Source: Elsinoe ampelina
Taxonomy: Eukaryota
DNA: 64,000 nt
Assembly: GCA_010093995.1 (NCBI GenBank)
Contig: ML992502.1
Coordinates: 444,760 to 508,759 of the forward strand
Direction of reading: 5' to 3'
The notes under the pieces were generated by a model that was not told where the DNA came from, ran no database searches, and was given only the letters and a program-made list of their open reading frames with translations. A program made the translations under genes and the position numbers. Shown piece after piece: positions 38,286-51,675 of this stretch; position 1 is the stretch's first letter, and every line of letters starts with the position of its first letter.

Positions 38286-41200
38286 TATAAGAACTAACGT
38301 AGTAAGTGCACTATACTAGCTTACTCTAGAGATACTATTCTCTATAGAAGGATAAAACACTTCTTACCCCTAGAATAGATAGAGTAGAGATTAGTCTTAT
38401 AACAATCGAGAGTAAACTAGTATAATACTTACTCTACACCTATATACTTATCTTTCTAGCTCTAATATCCTACCTTTGTTATAATTCTAATCTCTCTTAT
38501 ATCCTATCGAATAGAGCTATATAGACAAGATAGCACTCTATACTTAGTGCTAGTAAAACAACTAACTACTACTAGAGTAGTACTAGTATAGATAACTCTC
38601 TAATAGCCTAGCTATTAGCGAGACATTTACCGAATTAGCTATAACCCTAGAGACAATTCCTATCGAAGATTACTAGGCTAGGAAAGGTCTAGTGCTAAGG
38701 CTATACTATACTAATATAGCTCCTAAAGGAAGTATAGCTAATATAGGAAATAATGCTATCTATAAAGCACTTCTTACTTATATTACTTAGCTCGAGAATA
38801 TACTTAGTAATTGCTCCTCTACTATAGTACTAGTGTTACGTAGTTATTTTAATAACGTACGACTCGACGACATCTACTATATAGAGTTAGAGTAGCCCGG
38901 TAGGTTCTACTCTAAGTAGGATAAATATACTAGGAGTTCTACCTTAATTAGGGGTAGGTTCCCCTAATAGAGTACTTCTAAGTATAGCTCTAGTATAGTA
39001 TAGGCGATAAGCTACGTATAGTAGGTATCGTCTAGGAGTAGCGCTATCTTAATATATAGCTTATAACTATTAAGGAACGTACAAAAATTAGTAATTAACT
39101 ATTCTCTTCGCTAGCGTAACGTAAAGAACTTTACTACGTAGCTATTACTATAGTTTTCGAGACTCTAGGCCTAATCCTTACTATGTACTATTATATTACT
39201 ATCGACCCCTTAGTAGTATACTAAGTACGTAGTCTAGACAAATATAAATTAACTACCTATAGATATACCGAGTTAGCCTTCGCTATTAAGAATAGTAAAG
39301 GAGTAATATAGTTGTCGCGCTAGTAGTTTAAAAGCATTAATATAACTAGTTATAATCTTATATTAGGCCTACCTTAGCTATTATCCTACAACTCTAAAAT
39401 TTAGTAGAGTATTAGGGTATAGAAGCATTACACTAGTATAGTATAAGTATTAATCCTAGATATACTCTCCTTCTTCTAGGAGCTAAACTAGCCTAATGCC
39501 TAGCTCTACCTAGTATATATACGCTAGGATAAACCTATCGCCCTAACTCTACTATACTAGCTTAATAACTATATAGATATTTTCGATAAGAGCGTAGTAA
39601 TAGCGCTACTAGGTAATAATTTTACTTATCTTATTAATATTAAAGAGAGAGAATAGCTACCCTAGGGGCCTATTTACTCCCTTAGTAAGAAGAAGCTTTA
39701 GGTACTTCGAGAGTATATAGATAAGAGCTTAGTAATAGGTTAGCTCTAATATAGTACTAGCTCTACGGGGTCTTCTATTCTATTCGTCTCTAAGAAGGAT
39801 AGTTTACTACGCCTATATATCGACTATTATAGGCTAAATAATGTTACTATTAAGAACTGTTACCTCTTACTCTTAATTACTAAGATACTTAATTACATCG
39901 AGGGCGTATACTTATTTAGTAAGCTAGACCTTATAGATACTTACTACTAGGTATATATCTAGCGTAGCGATAAATAGAAGACAGTGTTCTACTATTACTA
40001 TAGCTACTTCGAATATACTATTATGCCTTTTAGCCTTACTAATGCCCTAGCTACGTTCTAGGCTTATATATATTAGTGCTTAAGTAGCTTAGTAGACTAC
40101 TACTATATTATATACCTAGACGATATTCTAATCTATGCCGGCGGCGAGTAAGAGTACTAGTAGGCTGTTAGAAGTGTACTAGACTACCTACGTAAGAATA
40201 GCCTCTATATAAAACTAAAGAAGTGTATCTTTAAAGTAATATAGGTAGCATTTCTAGGCTATATTATTAGTAGTAATAGTGTTATAATAGAATAGCCTAG
40301 AGTATAAGTCGTTACTAACTAGCCTACCTCTACTAGCCTTAAGGAATTATAAACCTTTCTCGGATTTACTAATTTCTACTACTAATTTATTAAGAGCTTC
40401 TCCTACGTAGTACTACTACTAACTATACTTACGTAAGAGTTAGTCTAAGGGAAGTAAGTAGGCCTATTTCTCTAGAGTAACGATATAGTATAGGCTTTTA
40501 ATAGGCTTAAAGCCGCCTTTATATAGGCACCTATACTACGTTACTTTATATTAGGTAAGCCTCTCTAGCTCGAGACTAACGCTTTAGATTTTGTACTCTC
40601 TAGAGTTATTTCCTAGTAAAACAAAGGTAATACCTCTACGTAACACTAGTACTCTATAGCATCTTAATACGAGATAGATACGAACTAGATTTAGTTAGGA
40701 TATAGTTCGGATTAGTTACGTAATCTCGGCATTATAGCCCGGGCTTCTAGCCGCTTTGCTCTTAATATTATATATACTTTATATACTAGTTTTCTTCTTC
40801 TTTTTCTAAGTCTTAATATCTTAATAAATAGACGTAATTAACCCCTTTATCTTGCTAGTTGTAATTACTATATCGAGACTTCGAACGACTATAACCGAGC
40901 GATAGAGCTATTAAATTATCTAGTTATTCTACTACTTATATAACTACTAATACCTACTTACGAAGAATTAAAGAATTAAAGAAGAAGCTATTACAACTAT
41001 AGTTCCTACGTATACTATAATAGATTCTCGCTACTGCTATATAGGTTAATACTATAAACCTTAAAGATATAAGAAGAAGGTAATAAGTTAAGTTATAGAC
41101 AACTCTTAAAGGAAGTAGACTACTAGCTAAAAATTTTAATATTCTCTTTATTACGTATTGACTTTTTATACTATTTTATTTCTAACTAACTATACTAAGT

Positions 41201-44200
41201 ATAGCTCGCTCTAACTATAGTAATAACAATTGCTACGTAAGTAAGATCTCTCTACCTCCTACTAATAATAATAATAAACTAGTCTAGTTAGCCTATTACA
41301 ACCTTATCCGCCTTAGCGATACTAACCTTAAGAAGAGGCTATAAGAGATAGACGGCATAACTACTCTACGTAAGGCCTTTACCTTTATTAAGTCCACCTA
41401 CGATAAATAGGTTACTATATATAACTTAGCCTATACTAACGCTCTTAATCTATATAACTAGTTAGATAACGTCCTAATAGAGCTAGATACTACTAATAGC
41501 ACTACTAATAATCTTACTATCTAAACTACGTACTATCTCGTAGATATTAGTAAACTTAAGGCCGAACTAGCTTAGCTAAGAGCCGAGATAGAACGCGCTA
41601 CGCTAGCCCTCTCTACCTATAGTACTATATTATTTAAAAAGATACTAGACTCTACTATCTTCTCTAGTAGCACTCTAGAATAGTTTAAGGTTTTTAAGCA
41701 CTAGATAAAGAATAAGATACGCGCTAACGCTAACTACTTCTCTACTAAGGCTACTTAGTTTACCTATCTATACTTACGCCTCTCTAGCGAAGTATATACT
41801 CTTATTATAGACTTCGCTAGTAACGACACTCTCGACGTTAAAGCCTCTCTTAGTCTATTAGTCTAGCGTTTCGAGGATCTAAACTATAAGGCTACTATAT
41901 ATACTTAGTTTACTAGCCTCTTCTAGTATAACTTCTCTTTTAACTTCTTTATTAGCAAGTTTAATAAGTACGCCCTCTACGCTAAGATTACTAAAGATAA
42001 ATAGCTCTACTAGCTCTACTAGAAGATATCTAGTAAGCTACGTACTACCCTTGTTAATTTCGACACTAATAGCCTCTTTACCTTTATCGTAAAGGCCTAT
42101 ACTACCGATTATAACATTTAATAGAGTAACCTTATTACTAAGCGTACTTAAGCTCTACGCGCTAGGCTAGCTATAAGTTACGCTACTACTATTCCAACTT
42201 GTATGTCTTATTTTACCTTTATACCTACTACTCTAGCTACCTTCTACTCTATTACTAGAGGCGCTCTATAGCCTTTCTATTTAACATAGATACTTACCTG
42301 TTATATATACGGCAAGCTAGGCTATATCTCTACTAAGTATATAGCTAGCGCCTTAGAGAAGGCTACTTATGCCGCTATATGCCTCGTACGTATTAGCGCT
42401 ATAGAAGAGATATAATAGCTCTAGGACTAGTTAGCCGAGTTAAGTAACTAAGTCGATACTAGTTCGGCTTACAAACTAGATCTAGTTTAGCTCTAGTTCG
42501 ACTCTAAAATAGATTATAAGTCTACCGATCTATCTAGCTAGAGAAATAAGTAGCTAGAGGACAAGTTCTATTCTCTAGTAGAATAAGAGTAATTCGAGAT
42601 AGATCCGGAGGTATATAGTTACTAAATAGTATTATTAGCTACTATATCCCCGCTATTATAACTCCTATTACTATTTATAATTTCTATAACTGCTCCTATA
42701 CTATTACGCTCTAAGCTTTTATTAATACTAGCGTACTTATTAGTGCCGTAGTTAATTATAACGTTCTTAATAAGCTAAAGACCTTCGGCTGCCCTATAGT
42801 ACTTACTAGCCCTATTTAACTTTAGGCCTATAATAGAGTCCTAATAGAACAAGTTACTTATAGCGTCCCTCTTACTACTACTATCTCTAGTAAGCTAAAC
42901 GCTCTTACTACCTTATATATTATAGATATCGGCTAATTCGACATTATTCTTAGCCTCGGCTAGCTTAAGGCTAATAAGGCTACTATCGATTATAAACACG
43001 GCCGAGTTATATATAAAGAAGAGTTTTTACTAGTCGTTATTAAGCGGAAGCTACTATAGCTAATTAAAAGGCTAGGATCTAGATCTAAGCCTAGCTTAGA
43101 TCTAGGAATCTAGCTCGGTAAAGCCGCTACTCTAGTTTAGAACTAGTTTAGTTCTAGTTTAACTCGTAAACTAGGTTCTAGCTCGGCCGCTAAGATAGGA
43201 CGAACTAGACTATATCGACTACTAGCTCTTAGGTCGAACTTTAAGCTAAATTAGAGAGAGTTTAAGCTAATCTCCTATAGTACTTAGTTAATATATAAGT
43301 TCTTCTACGTACCTACCTACGTAAGTAACACTAAGTAAGAAGAGCTAACTATTGCTTTTATTAGCGCTACTACCTTTATATTAGTAGCTAAATACTAAAA
43401 GAACAAGGTGTTTATAATCTTAGTAAAGAATATTAAGAACTACTACTAAATAGCCTCTAAACTAGAACTAGACCCTATAGTAGTTCTCCTAGAGGAGCTA
43501 CGAGAGTTTACTAATGTCTTCTCTAAAGAGTAATCTAATATACTTCCTCTATATCGGCCGGATTTTAATAATCGAATTATACTTAAGGATAGAGCTAAAC
43601 TACTATACACTAAACCTCTATACTACCTATTACTAGAAGAGCTTAATATAGTAGAATAGTTTATCCGTAAGTACCTTAATAAAGGCTTTATTACGCTAAG
43701 CTTAACTAGCTATTCCTTGCCTATTCTCTTTATTTATAAGTCTAGCGATAGACTTTGCCTTTACGTTAATTACTATAGCCTTAATAAGGTAACTAAGCGA
43801 GATATCTATCTTCTCTCTCTTATCGAAGAAACACTTACGCGCGTAAGTAAGGCTAAATAGTTTAGTAAGATTAACATTTATTAAGCCTTCTACTACCTCT
43901 ATAATTCTGTTAATAGTAAAGACCTTACTATATTCTTTATATATATAGGTAACTTTAAGTAGCTAGTAATACTATTTAGCCTTACTAATGCCTCTACTAT
44001 ATAGTAGAGGTTTATAAATTACAACTTTATTAATATACTAGAGTACTTTATGTCGATCTATCTAGATAATATTCTTATCTATACTAATAGCTCCTACTAG
44101 AAGTACGCTAAGTATATTAAGCTAGTACTCTAGAGGCTCTACGAATTAGGCCTAAACACTAATATTAAGAAGAGTAAGTTCTACCTAATAGAAGTAAAGT

Positions 44201-47200
44201 ACCTTAGTATTATTATTAGCTAAGATAGAGTTAAGATAGATCCTAAGAAGGTAGAAGCTATATAAGTGTAGAAATAGCTAGCCCCTAGTAACACTACTTA
44301 GGTAAGGAGCTTTATTAGCTTCTATAGCTACTACTATTACTTTATTAAGGGATTTAGCACTATTGCTAAACTACTAAATAATCTACTTAAGAAGGATACT
44401 ATACTATAGAACAACAAGTATACTGCCGCGTTTAATTACATAAAGTATACTATTATAAGTGTGCCTATCCTTACGTACTTTAATTGCTTAAAATAGATAG
44501 TCCTTAAGATAGACACCTCTAATACTACTACTGCCGGAATTCTATTATAATATAACAAGTCTAACGTTCTTTAGCCTATTACCTTTTTTAGCAAATCTAT
44601 AAATAAAGCCGAATATAATTACGCTATCTACGACAAGAAACTACTAGCTATTATCTAAGCCTTCGAGGAGTAGGCCCTCGAGCTTATAAGTACTTAATTT
44701 AATAAGGCTATCTACGTTCTTACCGACTACTAATCCTTAATACACTTTATAAAGACTTAGAAGCTGTTACGCTACTAAGCGTACTAGGCTCTCTACCTCG
44801 CGTAGTTTAACTTTAAGATTATATATAGGCCTAGCGCTACTAATAGTAAAGCTAATAAACTTACGAGGAGAAATAGAGATATACTATATTTAAAAGAAGA
44901 CTCTAATCTATGCTAGATACTACTACTATATAAGGTGCTAGATTAGCGTATTATTAATAAACTAAATCTAGGTCGTATCTAAACTAGATTACTAATCTAA
45001 GCCGAACTAAGATCTAGTTTAGTATCTAGTTCGTAAACTAGTTTACTATCTAGTTCGTCTTCTATTTCGCCTTCTATTTCGCTACCTATATCGGCGCCTA
45101 TTTTAGCTACTAAACTAGGTATCTACGTAGTACCTATCTTAGCTATAGAAGAGCCTTTACTTCTTTTCGATGAAGTAGCTAAGGCTAACCTACGAGACTC
45201 TAATTTCGAGACAGTTTATAGTATCTACTATATAATAGAAGCCTTCCTAAAGAGGAAATAGCTACTATTAACTAATGTTATAATTAAAAAGGGGATACTA
45301 TAGGCCGATAGCTAACTAATCGTGCCTTTCTCTATAGCTATAAAGGTTATCTAAGAAGTTTATATATCGAAGAATTATATACACGTAGGAGCTACTAAAA
45401 TAGCTACTATAATTAAGTCTACTTTCTATATCCCTAGATGTAATAGTAATATTAAGAGGTTCGTTACTAACTACTATAACTATAAGCGCTTAAAGGCTCG
45501 CTATAGCTTACTAGCTAGCCTCCTATCGCTATTACCTATTCTAGTAAGACTATAGTAATATATTACTATAGACTTTGTTACTAGTCTACCTTTAGTAGAT
45601 AGCTATAACGTAGTACTCTATATTGTCGACTACCTATCTAAGGAATAGTATTTAATCCTATACTTCTCTAGAGAAGGTAGTACTTTAGCGTTTAAGACTA
45701 CTAAGCTATTATTCTTCTACGTGTAGAAACTATATAGTCTACTAGATAGTATTACCTCGGATTATAGCTCTTAGTTCGTTAGCAACGTATAGAAAAGACT
45801 CTACTAAATCCTAAAGATTACTAATAAACTATCTACTATAGGGCATCTATAAATAGATAGCTAATTAGAGGTTATAAATTGCAAGTTTAAGCGAGTTATC
45901 CGTTTATACGCTATACGCTTTAGTAATTAAACACTTATTCTACTAGTTGTAGAATTCTCTACTAACGTTAACCTATTAGAGAGTACTAAGCTATCGCCGT
46001 TTAAGGTTACTAGAGAATATAAGCTAAAGCTAAGCTTCTAGCTCCCTTCTAACGTACCGTTAATAAGAGCTAAGCTAAATAAGGTCGACATCTACGCACT
46101 TACTAAGCAACTAGAAGAGGCACTAGCTATTACTAAGGCTAGCCTTACTATCGCCTAGTTATAGATAGTAGAATAAGCTAATAAGCACTACTAGCTAATA
46201 GAGTTCGAGGTAGGTAATTTAGTTTAGCTATTAATAAAGAACCTCTAGCTATAAGGTAATCTAAAGCTACTACTAAAGTATATTAGTCCCTATAAGATCC
46301 TTAAGAAACAATTACTATTAGTATATAAGCTCGATCTACTAGCTACGCTACGAAGGATATACCTAGTATTCTATACTAACCTCCTTACTAAACATCTAAA
46401 TAATCCTCTACTAGGCTAAGCCTTTAAGGAACTACTACTAATAGAAGTCGATAGCGAAGAGAAGTATAAAGTAGATAACGTTATTAATATACGTGTACTA
46501 CGTAGAAAGCTAGTTACTTACGTAAGCTAGAAGAGCTATCTAGAGAATCTTACTTAGTAGCTAATTAACAATCTTAAAGGAGTAGCTAACGTGCTACGTA
46601 ACTATTTAGATTCTTATATAGATAAGCCTTGTCCGAGCTAGATTAATAAGAAACGAACTATATAATAGCGTTTAAGAGTAAACGCGTTTAAGAGGGGAGG
46701 TAGTAATACAAGATAGATACGAACTAGATTTAGTTAGGATATAGTTTAGATTAGTTACGTAATCTCGGTATTATAGCCTAGGCTTCTAGCCGCTTCGCCC
46801 TCGATATTACGTGTGCTTTATATACTAGTTTTCTTCTTCTTTTTCTAAGTCTTAATATCTTAATAAATAGACATAATTAACCTCTTTATCTTACTAGTCG
46901 TAATTAATTCTAGTCCTAGAAGCTATAAGGTATAAAACTAAACTATACTACCTACGATAAGGAGCTTCTTACTATTATAGAAGTAGTATAGTACTAGTGT
47001 TAGTACCTACTTAGCGCCGCTACCCTAATTAAAGTCCTCTCTAACTATAATAACCTTAGGTATTTCCTAACTACTAAGAAGCTTTTGTAGTGTTAGGCCT
47101 ACTATACTAAGGTACTAGCGTAGTTTAATATTATTATCTAGTACTATAGTAGGAGTACTAACCTAGCTAATAGTCTATTACGTAGGCCTAACTACTATAG

Positions 47201-49068
47201 GTATAAAGAAGATATACAAGAAGAGCGCTATATATTAGTTCCTCTCTTAGAGTAAGTATTATAAATATAAAGTAAAGGAGTTACGCCTATATCTATTATA
47301 GACAGAAAACCTAAGGCTAGTAGAGCCTAAGTAGGTAGTAATAAAGCTAGTATAGCTTATATACCTTAAACTACTCCCTAATGTAACGCGTTTATATAAT
47401 TCTAGTATACCTCTAGAATAGTACCTATAAGTCTACCTATTACCTTAGGAGTGCTATAGCTATACTAAGAAGAGTTAGAGCCTCTAGAGTAAGAAGAGTA
47501 GTACTTAGAGAGTACTTACGTAGACTCTTCTCTAAGCCTAACTAGTAACGTCGAATTAGAATAATATACGCCTACTTTAGCATTCTAGGACGTGCCGCTA
47601 CTTACCTAGGAAACGCTAGAGAGCTAAGAGCATAAAGAGAGTATAATACCTATACTATCCTAGGATACCTCTAGTAGAGAGCCTACTATAATTTTAGACT
47701 AGAATTAGTAGATTATACGCCTCTATACTATATAAGTACTAGTAAACAAGACTATATATATCTCTTCTACTTCTACTTTACTTCGGGACCTCGTCTATAT
47801 AGTATAGTAAAGAGATATTTTTACTTATAGTAAGGAATAGAAACTTCTAAAGGAGAAGACCTCGACTAGTAATAGTACTACCCCTAAGTAGAGTCTATCT
47901 AGTAATAGCTTACTCTAGAATAGGGACAGGGTATATATTCTAGAAGAAGCTACCTTAAGAGTAAAGCTTATATAGCATAATTATAACAACCTCTTAGGGG
48001 GTTACTTTAGCTATATAAAAACTTACCTTAATATAAAGAGGAAGTACTAGTAGCTAGATATATCTATAGTAACGAAAGTGTATATTAAGCACTACGACAG
48101 CTACTAAAGGCATAAATCGACATAGTATAAGCCTTATAGCCTCCTATAACTCTTACTAATCTCGCCTATACTTAAGGCCTTATAGTACTAGTTACTTAAT
48201 TTTATTACTAGCTTATCCCTAGTAGAGCTCTAGCCTAGCGTCGTTATAGACGTAATTGTCGTATATGTCTATTATTTATCTAAGTTTAGTATCTATATGC
48301 CGATGTTAACTAAGCTTAATACTAGGGACTTTACTAATCTATTTAAAATAGATATTATAACGTTGTTTAGAACGCTAAAGACGCTAGTCTTAGATAGAGA
48401 GTCTATCTTTACTAGTAAATTCTAGAGTGTACTATACTAGTACTAGAAGGCGTAATATAAGCTTAGTACTAGTTTCTATCCCTAGATAGATAGCTAAATA
48501 GAAAGGTAAAACTAGACACTAGAGTAGTACCTACGCTACTTTATCGACTATTACTAGATAGACTAGCTATACTAGGTTAAGTAGATACAATTTATATATA
48601 ATAACACGTATTAAGTATTACTATACGCTACGCTAGTATAGTTCTTATTTACGTAGGAGATATACCTACCTAACGACATTAACGCGCTAGTGCTACCTAG
48701 TTACGTACTAGCGTATAACTCGTTAGTTAATAATCGAGTATAATCTATTACTAAAACACGTATAGAGCTTACCTAATACCTATATAAAGCATAGAAAGAC
48801 TAAGTACTAGCCTATAATAAAGATCGATAAGTAAAAGTGTTCTACGATAGTAATAAGGTTATACTTAGCACTAAGAACCTTTATAGCGCTAGACCTAGCT
48901 ATAAGTTATTAGCTAAATATATTAGCCTATTTATAATTGTATAACGAATTAGTATATAGGCGTATAGGCTACGCTTACCTAACAAAATAAAGCTAATCTA
49001 TAACGTCTTTAACATTATACTACTAGAGCTATATAGGCGTAGTAAGGGTATATACCTACTGCCTCTAG
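38286..49068 (+). mobile_element. Gypsy family C copy C1 (hosts B3; interrupted by B4)
   Basis: 5' LTR 38286-38483 matches 51676-51873. Literal YLDDIL codons at 40113. RNase H is split by B3 and the integrase runs to 49068. The remainder is not in the window. Confidence 0.92.
40665..46906 (+). mobile_element. Gypsy family B copy B3, full length (6242 bp)
   Basis: LTRs at 40665-40867 and 46704-46906. C1 RNase H continues on both sides, with an imperfect TSD (atct / attct). Gag knuckle, PR, RT, RH, IN and chromodomain relics are present. Confidence 0.95.
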
Positions 49069-51675
49069 TAATACGAGATAAATACAAACTAGATTTAGTT
49101 AGGATCTAGTTTAGATTAGCTACGTAATCTTAGTATTATAGCCTAGGCTTCTAGCTGCTCTACTCTTAATATTATATATACTTTATATACTAGTTCTTCT
49201 TCTTCTTCTTCTAAGTCTTAATATCTTAACGAATAGACGTAATTAACCTCTTATCTTACTAGTTGTAATTACTATATCGAGACTTCGAAACAACTACGAC
49301 TAAGTAATAGAGCTATTAAATTATCTAGTTATTCTACTACTTATATAACTACTAATAACTACTACTTATAAAGAACTAAAGAATTAAAGAAGAAGCTATT
49401 ATAACTATAGTTCCTGCGTATACTATAATAGATCCTCGCTACTACTATATAGGTTAATACTATAAACCTTAAAGATATAAGAAGAAGGTAATAAGTTAAG
49501 TTATAGACAACTCTTAAAGGAAGTAAGCTACTAGCTAAAATTTTTAATATTCCCTTTATTACGCGTTAACTTTTTACACTATTTATTTATAACTAACTAT
49601 ACTAAGTATAGCTCGCTCTAACTATAGTAAAGACAATTACTATATAAGTAAGATTCCTCTACCCCCTACTAATAATAATAACGAACTAGTCTAATTAGCC
49701 TATTATAACTTTATTTGCCTTAGTAATACTAACCTTAAGAAGAGGCTATAAGAGATAGATAGTATAACTACTCTATATAAGGCCTTTGCCTTTATTAAGT
49801 CTACCTATAATGAATAAGTTACTATATATAACTTAGCGTATACTAACGCTCTTAATCTATATAACTAGTTAGATAATGTCCTAATAGAGCTAGATACTAC
49901 TAATAGTACTACTAATAATCTTACTATCTAAACTACGCGCTATCTTGTAGACATTAGCAAACTTAAGACTAAACTAGCTTAGCTAAGAGCCGAGATAGGA
50001 TATACTATACTAGCTCTCTCTACCCGTAGTACTATATTGTCTAAAAAGATACTAGACTCTACTATCTTCTCTAGTAGTACTCTAGAATAGTTTAAGGTTT
50101 TTAAATACTAGATAAAGAATAAGATATATACTAACGCTAACTACTTCTCTACTAAGGCTACTTAGTTTACCTATCTTTACTTATGTCTTTCTAGCGAGGT
50201 ATATACTCTTATTATAGACTTCGCTAGCGATAATACTCTTAACATCGAAGCTACCCTTAGTATCTTAGCCTAGTACTTTAAGGACTCTAACTATAAGGCT
50301 ACTACGCGTACTTAGTTCGCTAGTCTCTTCTAGTGTAATGCCTCTTTTAACTCCTTTATTAGTAAATTTAATAAGTACGCTAAGATCGCTAAGATCGCTA
50401 AGGACGAATAGCTCTACTAGTTACGTTAGAAGATATCTAATAAACTATATATCGCCCTTGTTAACTTCGATACTAATAACCTTACTACCTTTATCGTAAA
50501 GGTCTACGCTACTAACTATAACATCTAATAGAGTAACCTTATTACTAAGTATACTTAAGCCTTGTACTTTAGCCTAGCTATAAGCTACGCTACTATAGTA
50601 CTAATTTATATATCTTATTCTACTTCTATACCTACTACTCTAGCTACCTTCTACTCTATTACTAGAGGCGCTCTATAGCCTTTCTATCTAACTTAGATAC
50701 TTACCTATTACGTATGTAGTAAGCCTAGCTATATCTCTACTAAGTATATAGCTAGTACCTTAGAGCAGGCTACCTACGCTACTATACGCCCTATATGTAT
50801 TAGCGCTATAGAAGAAATATAACAACTCTAGGACCGTTTAGCTAAGTTAAGTAACTAAGTCGACACTAGTTTAGCTTACGAACTAGATTATTAGTCTTAG
50901 TTTAACTCCGAGATAGATTATAAGTCTATAGACTACTCTAGCTAGAGAAGTAAGTAGCTAGAGAATAAGTTCTATCCTCTAGTAGAATAAGAGTAATTCG
51001 AGATAGATCTAGAGGAGATATACGTTTAATAAATAGCGTTATTAGCTACTATATCCCTGCTATTATAACTCCTATTACTATTTATAACTCTTATAACTAC
51101 TCTTATACTATTATACTCTAAGCCTTTATTAATACTAGTACGCTTATTAGCGCTATAGTTAATTATAACGTTCTTAATAAGCTAAAGAGCTTCGGCTACC
51201 CTATAGTATTAGCTAGCTCTATTTAGCTTTAGGCTTATAACAGTGTTCTAATAGAGTAAGTTACTTATAGTATTTCTCTTACTACTACTGTCTCTAGTAA
51301 GCTAAAAGCTCTTACTACCTTCTATATTATAGATATTAGCTATTTTAACATTATTCCTAGCCTTAGCTAGCTTAAGGCTAATAGAGCTACTATCGACTAT
51401 AAGTATAGCTAAGTTATATATAAAGAAGAGTTTTTACTAGTTATTGTTAAGTAAGAGCTACTATAGCTAATTAAAAGGCTAGGATCTAGATCTAAGCCCG
51501 GCTTAGATCTAGAAATCTAGCTTAGTAAAGCTACTACTCTAGTTTAGAACTAGTTTAGTTCTAGTTTAACTTATAAACTAGGTTCTAGTTTAGCTACTAA
51601 GATAGAATAAACTAGATTATATCGACTACTAGCTCTTAGGTCGAACCTTAAGCTAGATTAAGGAGAGTTTAAACT

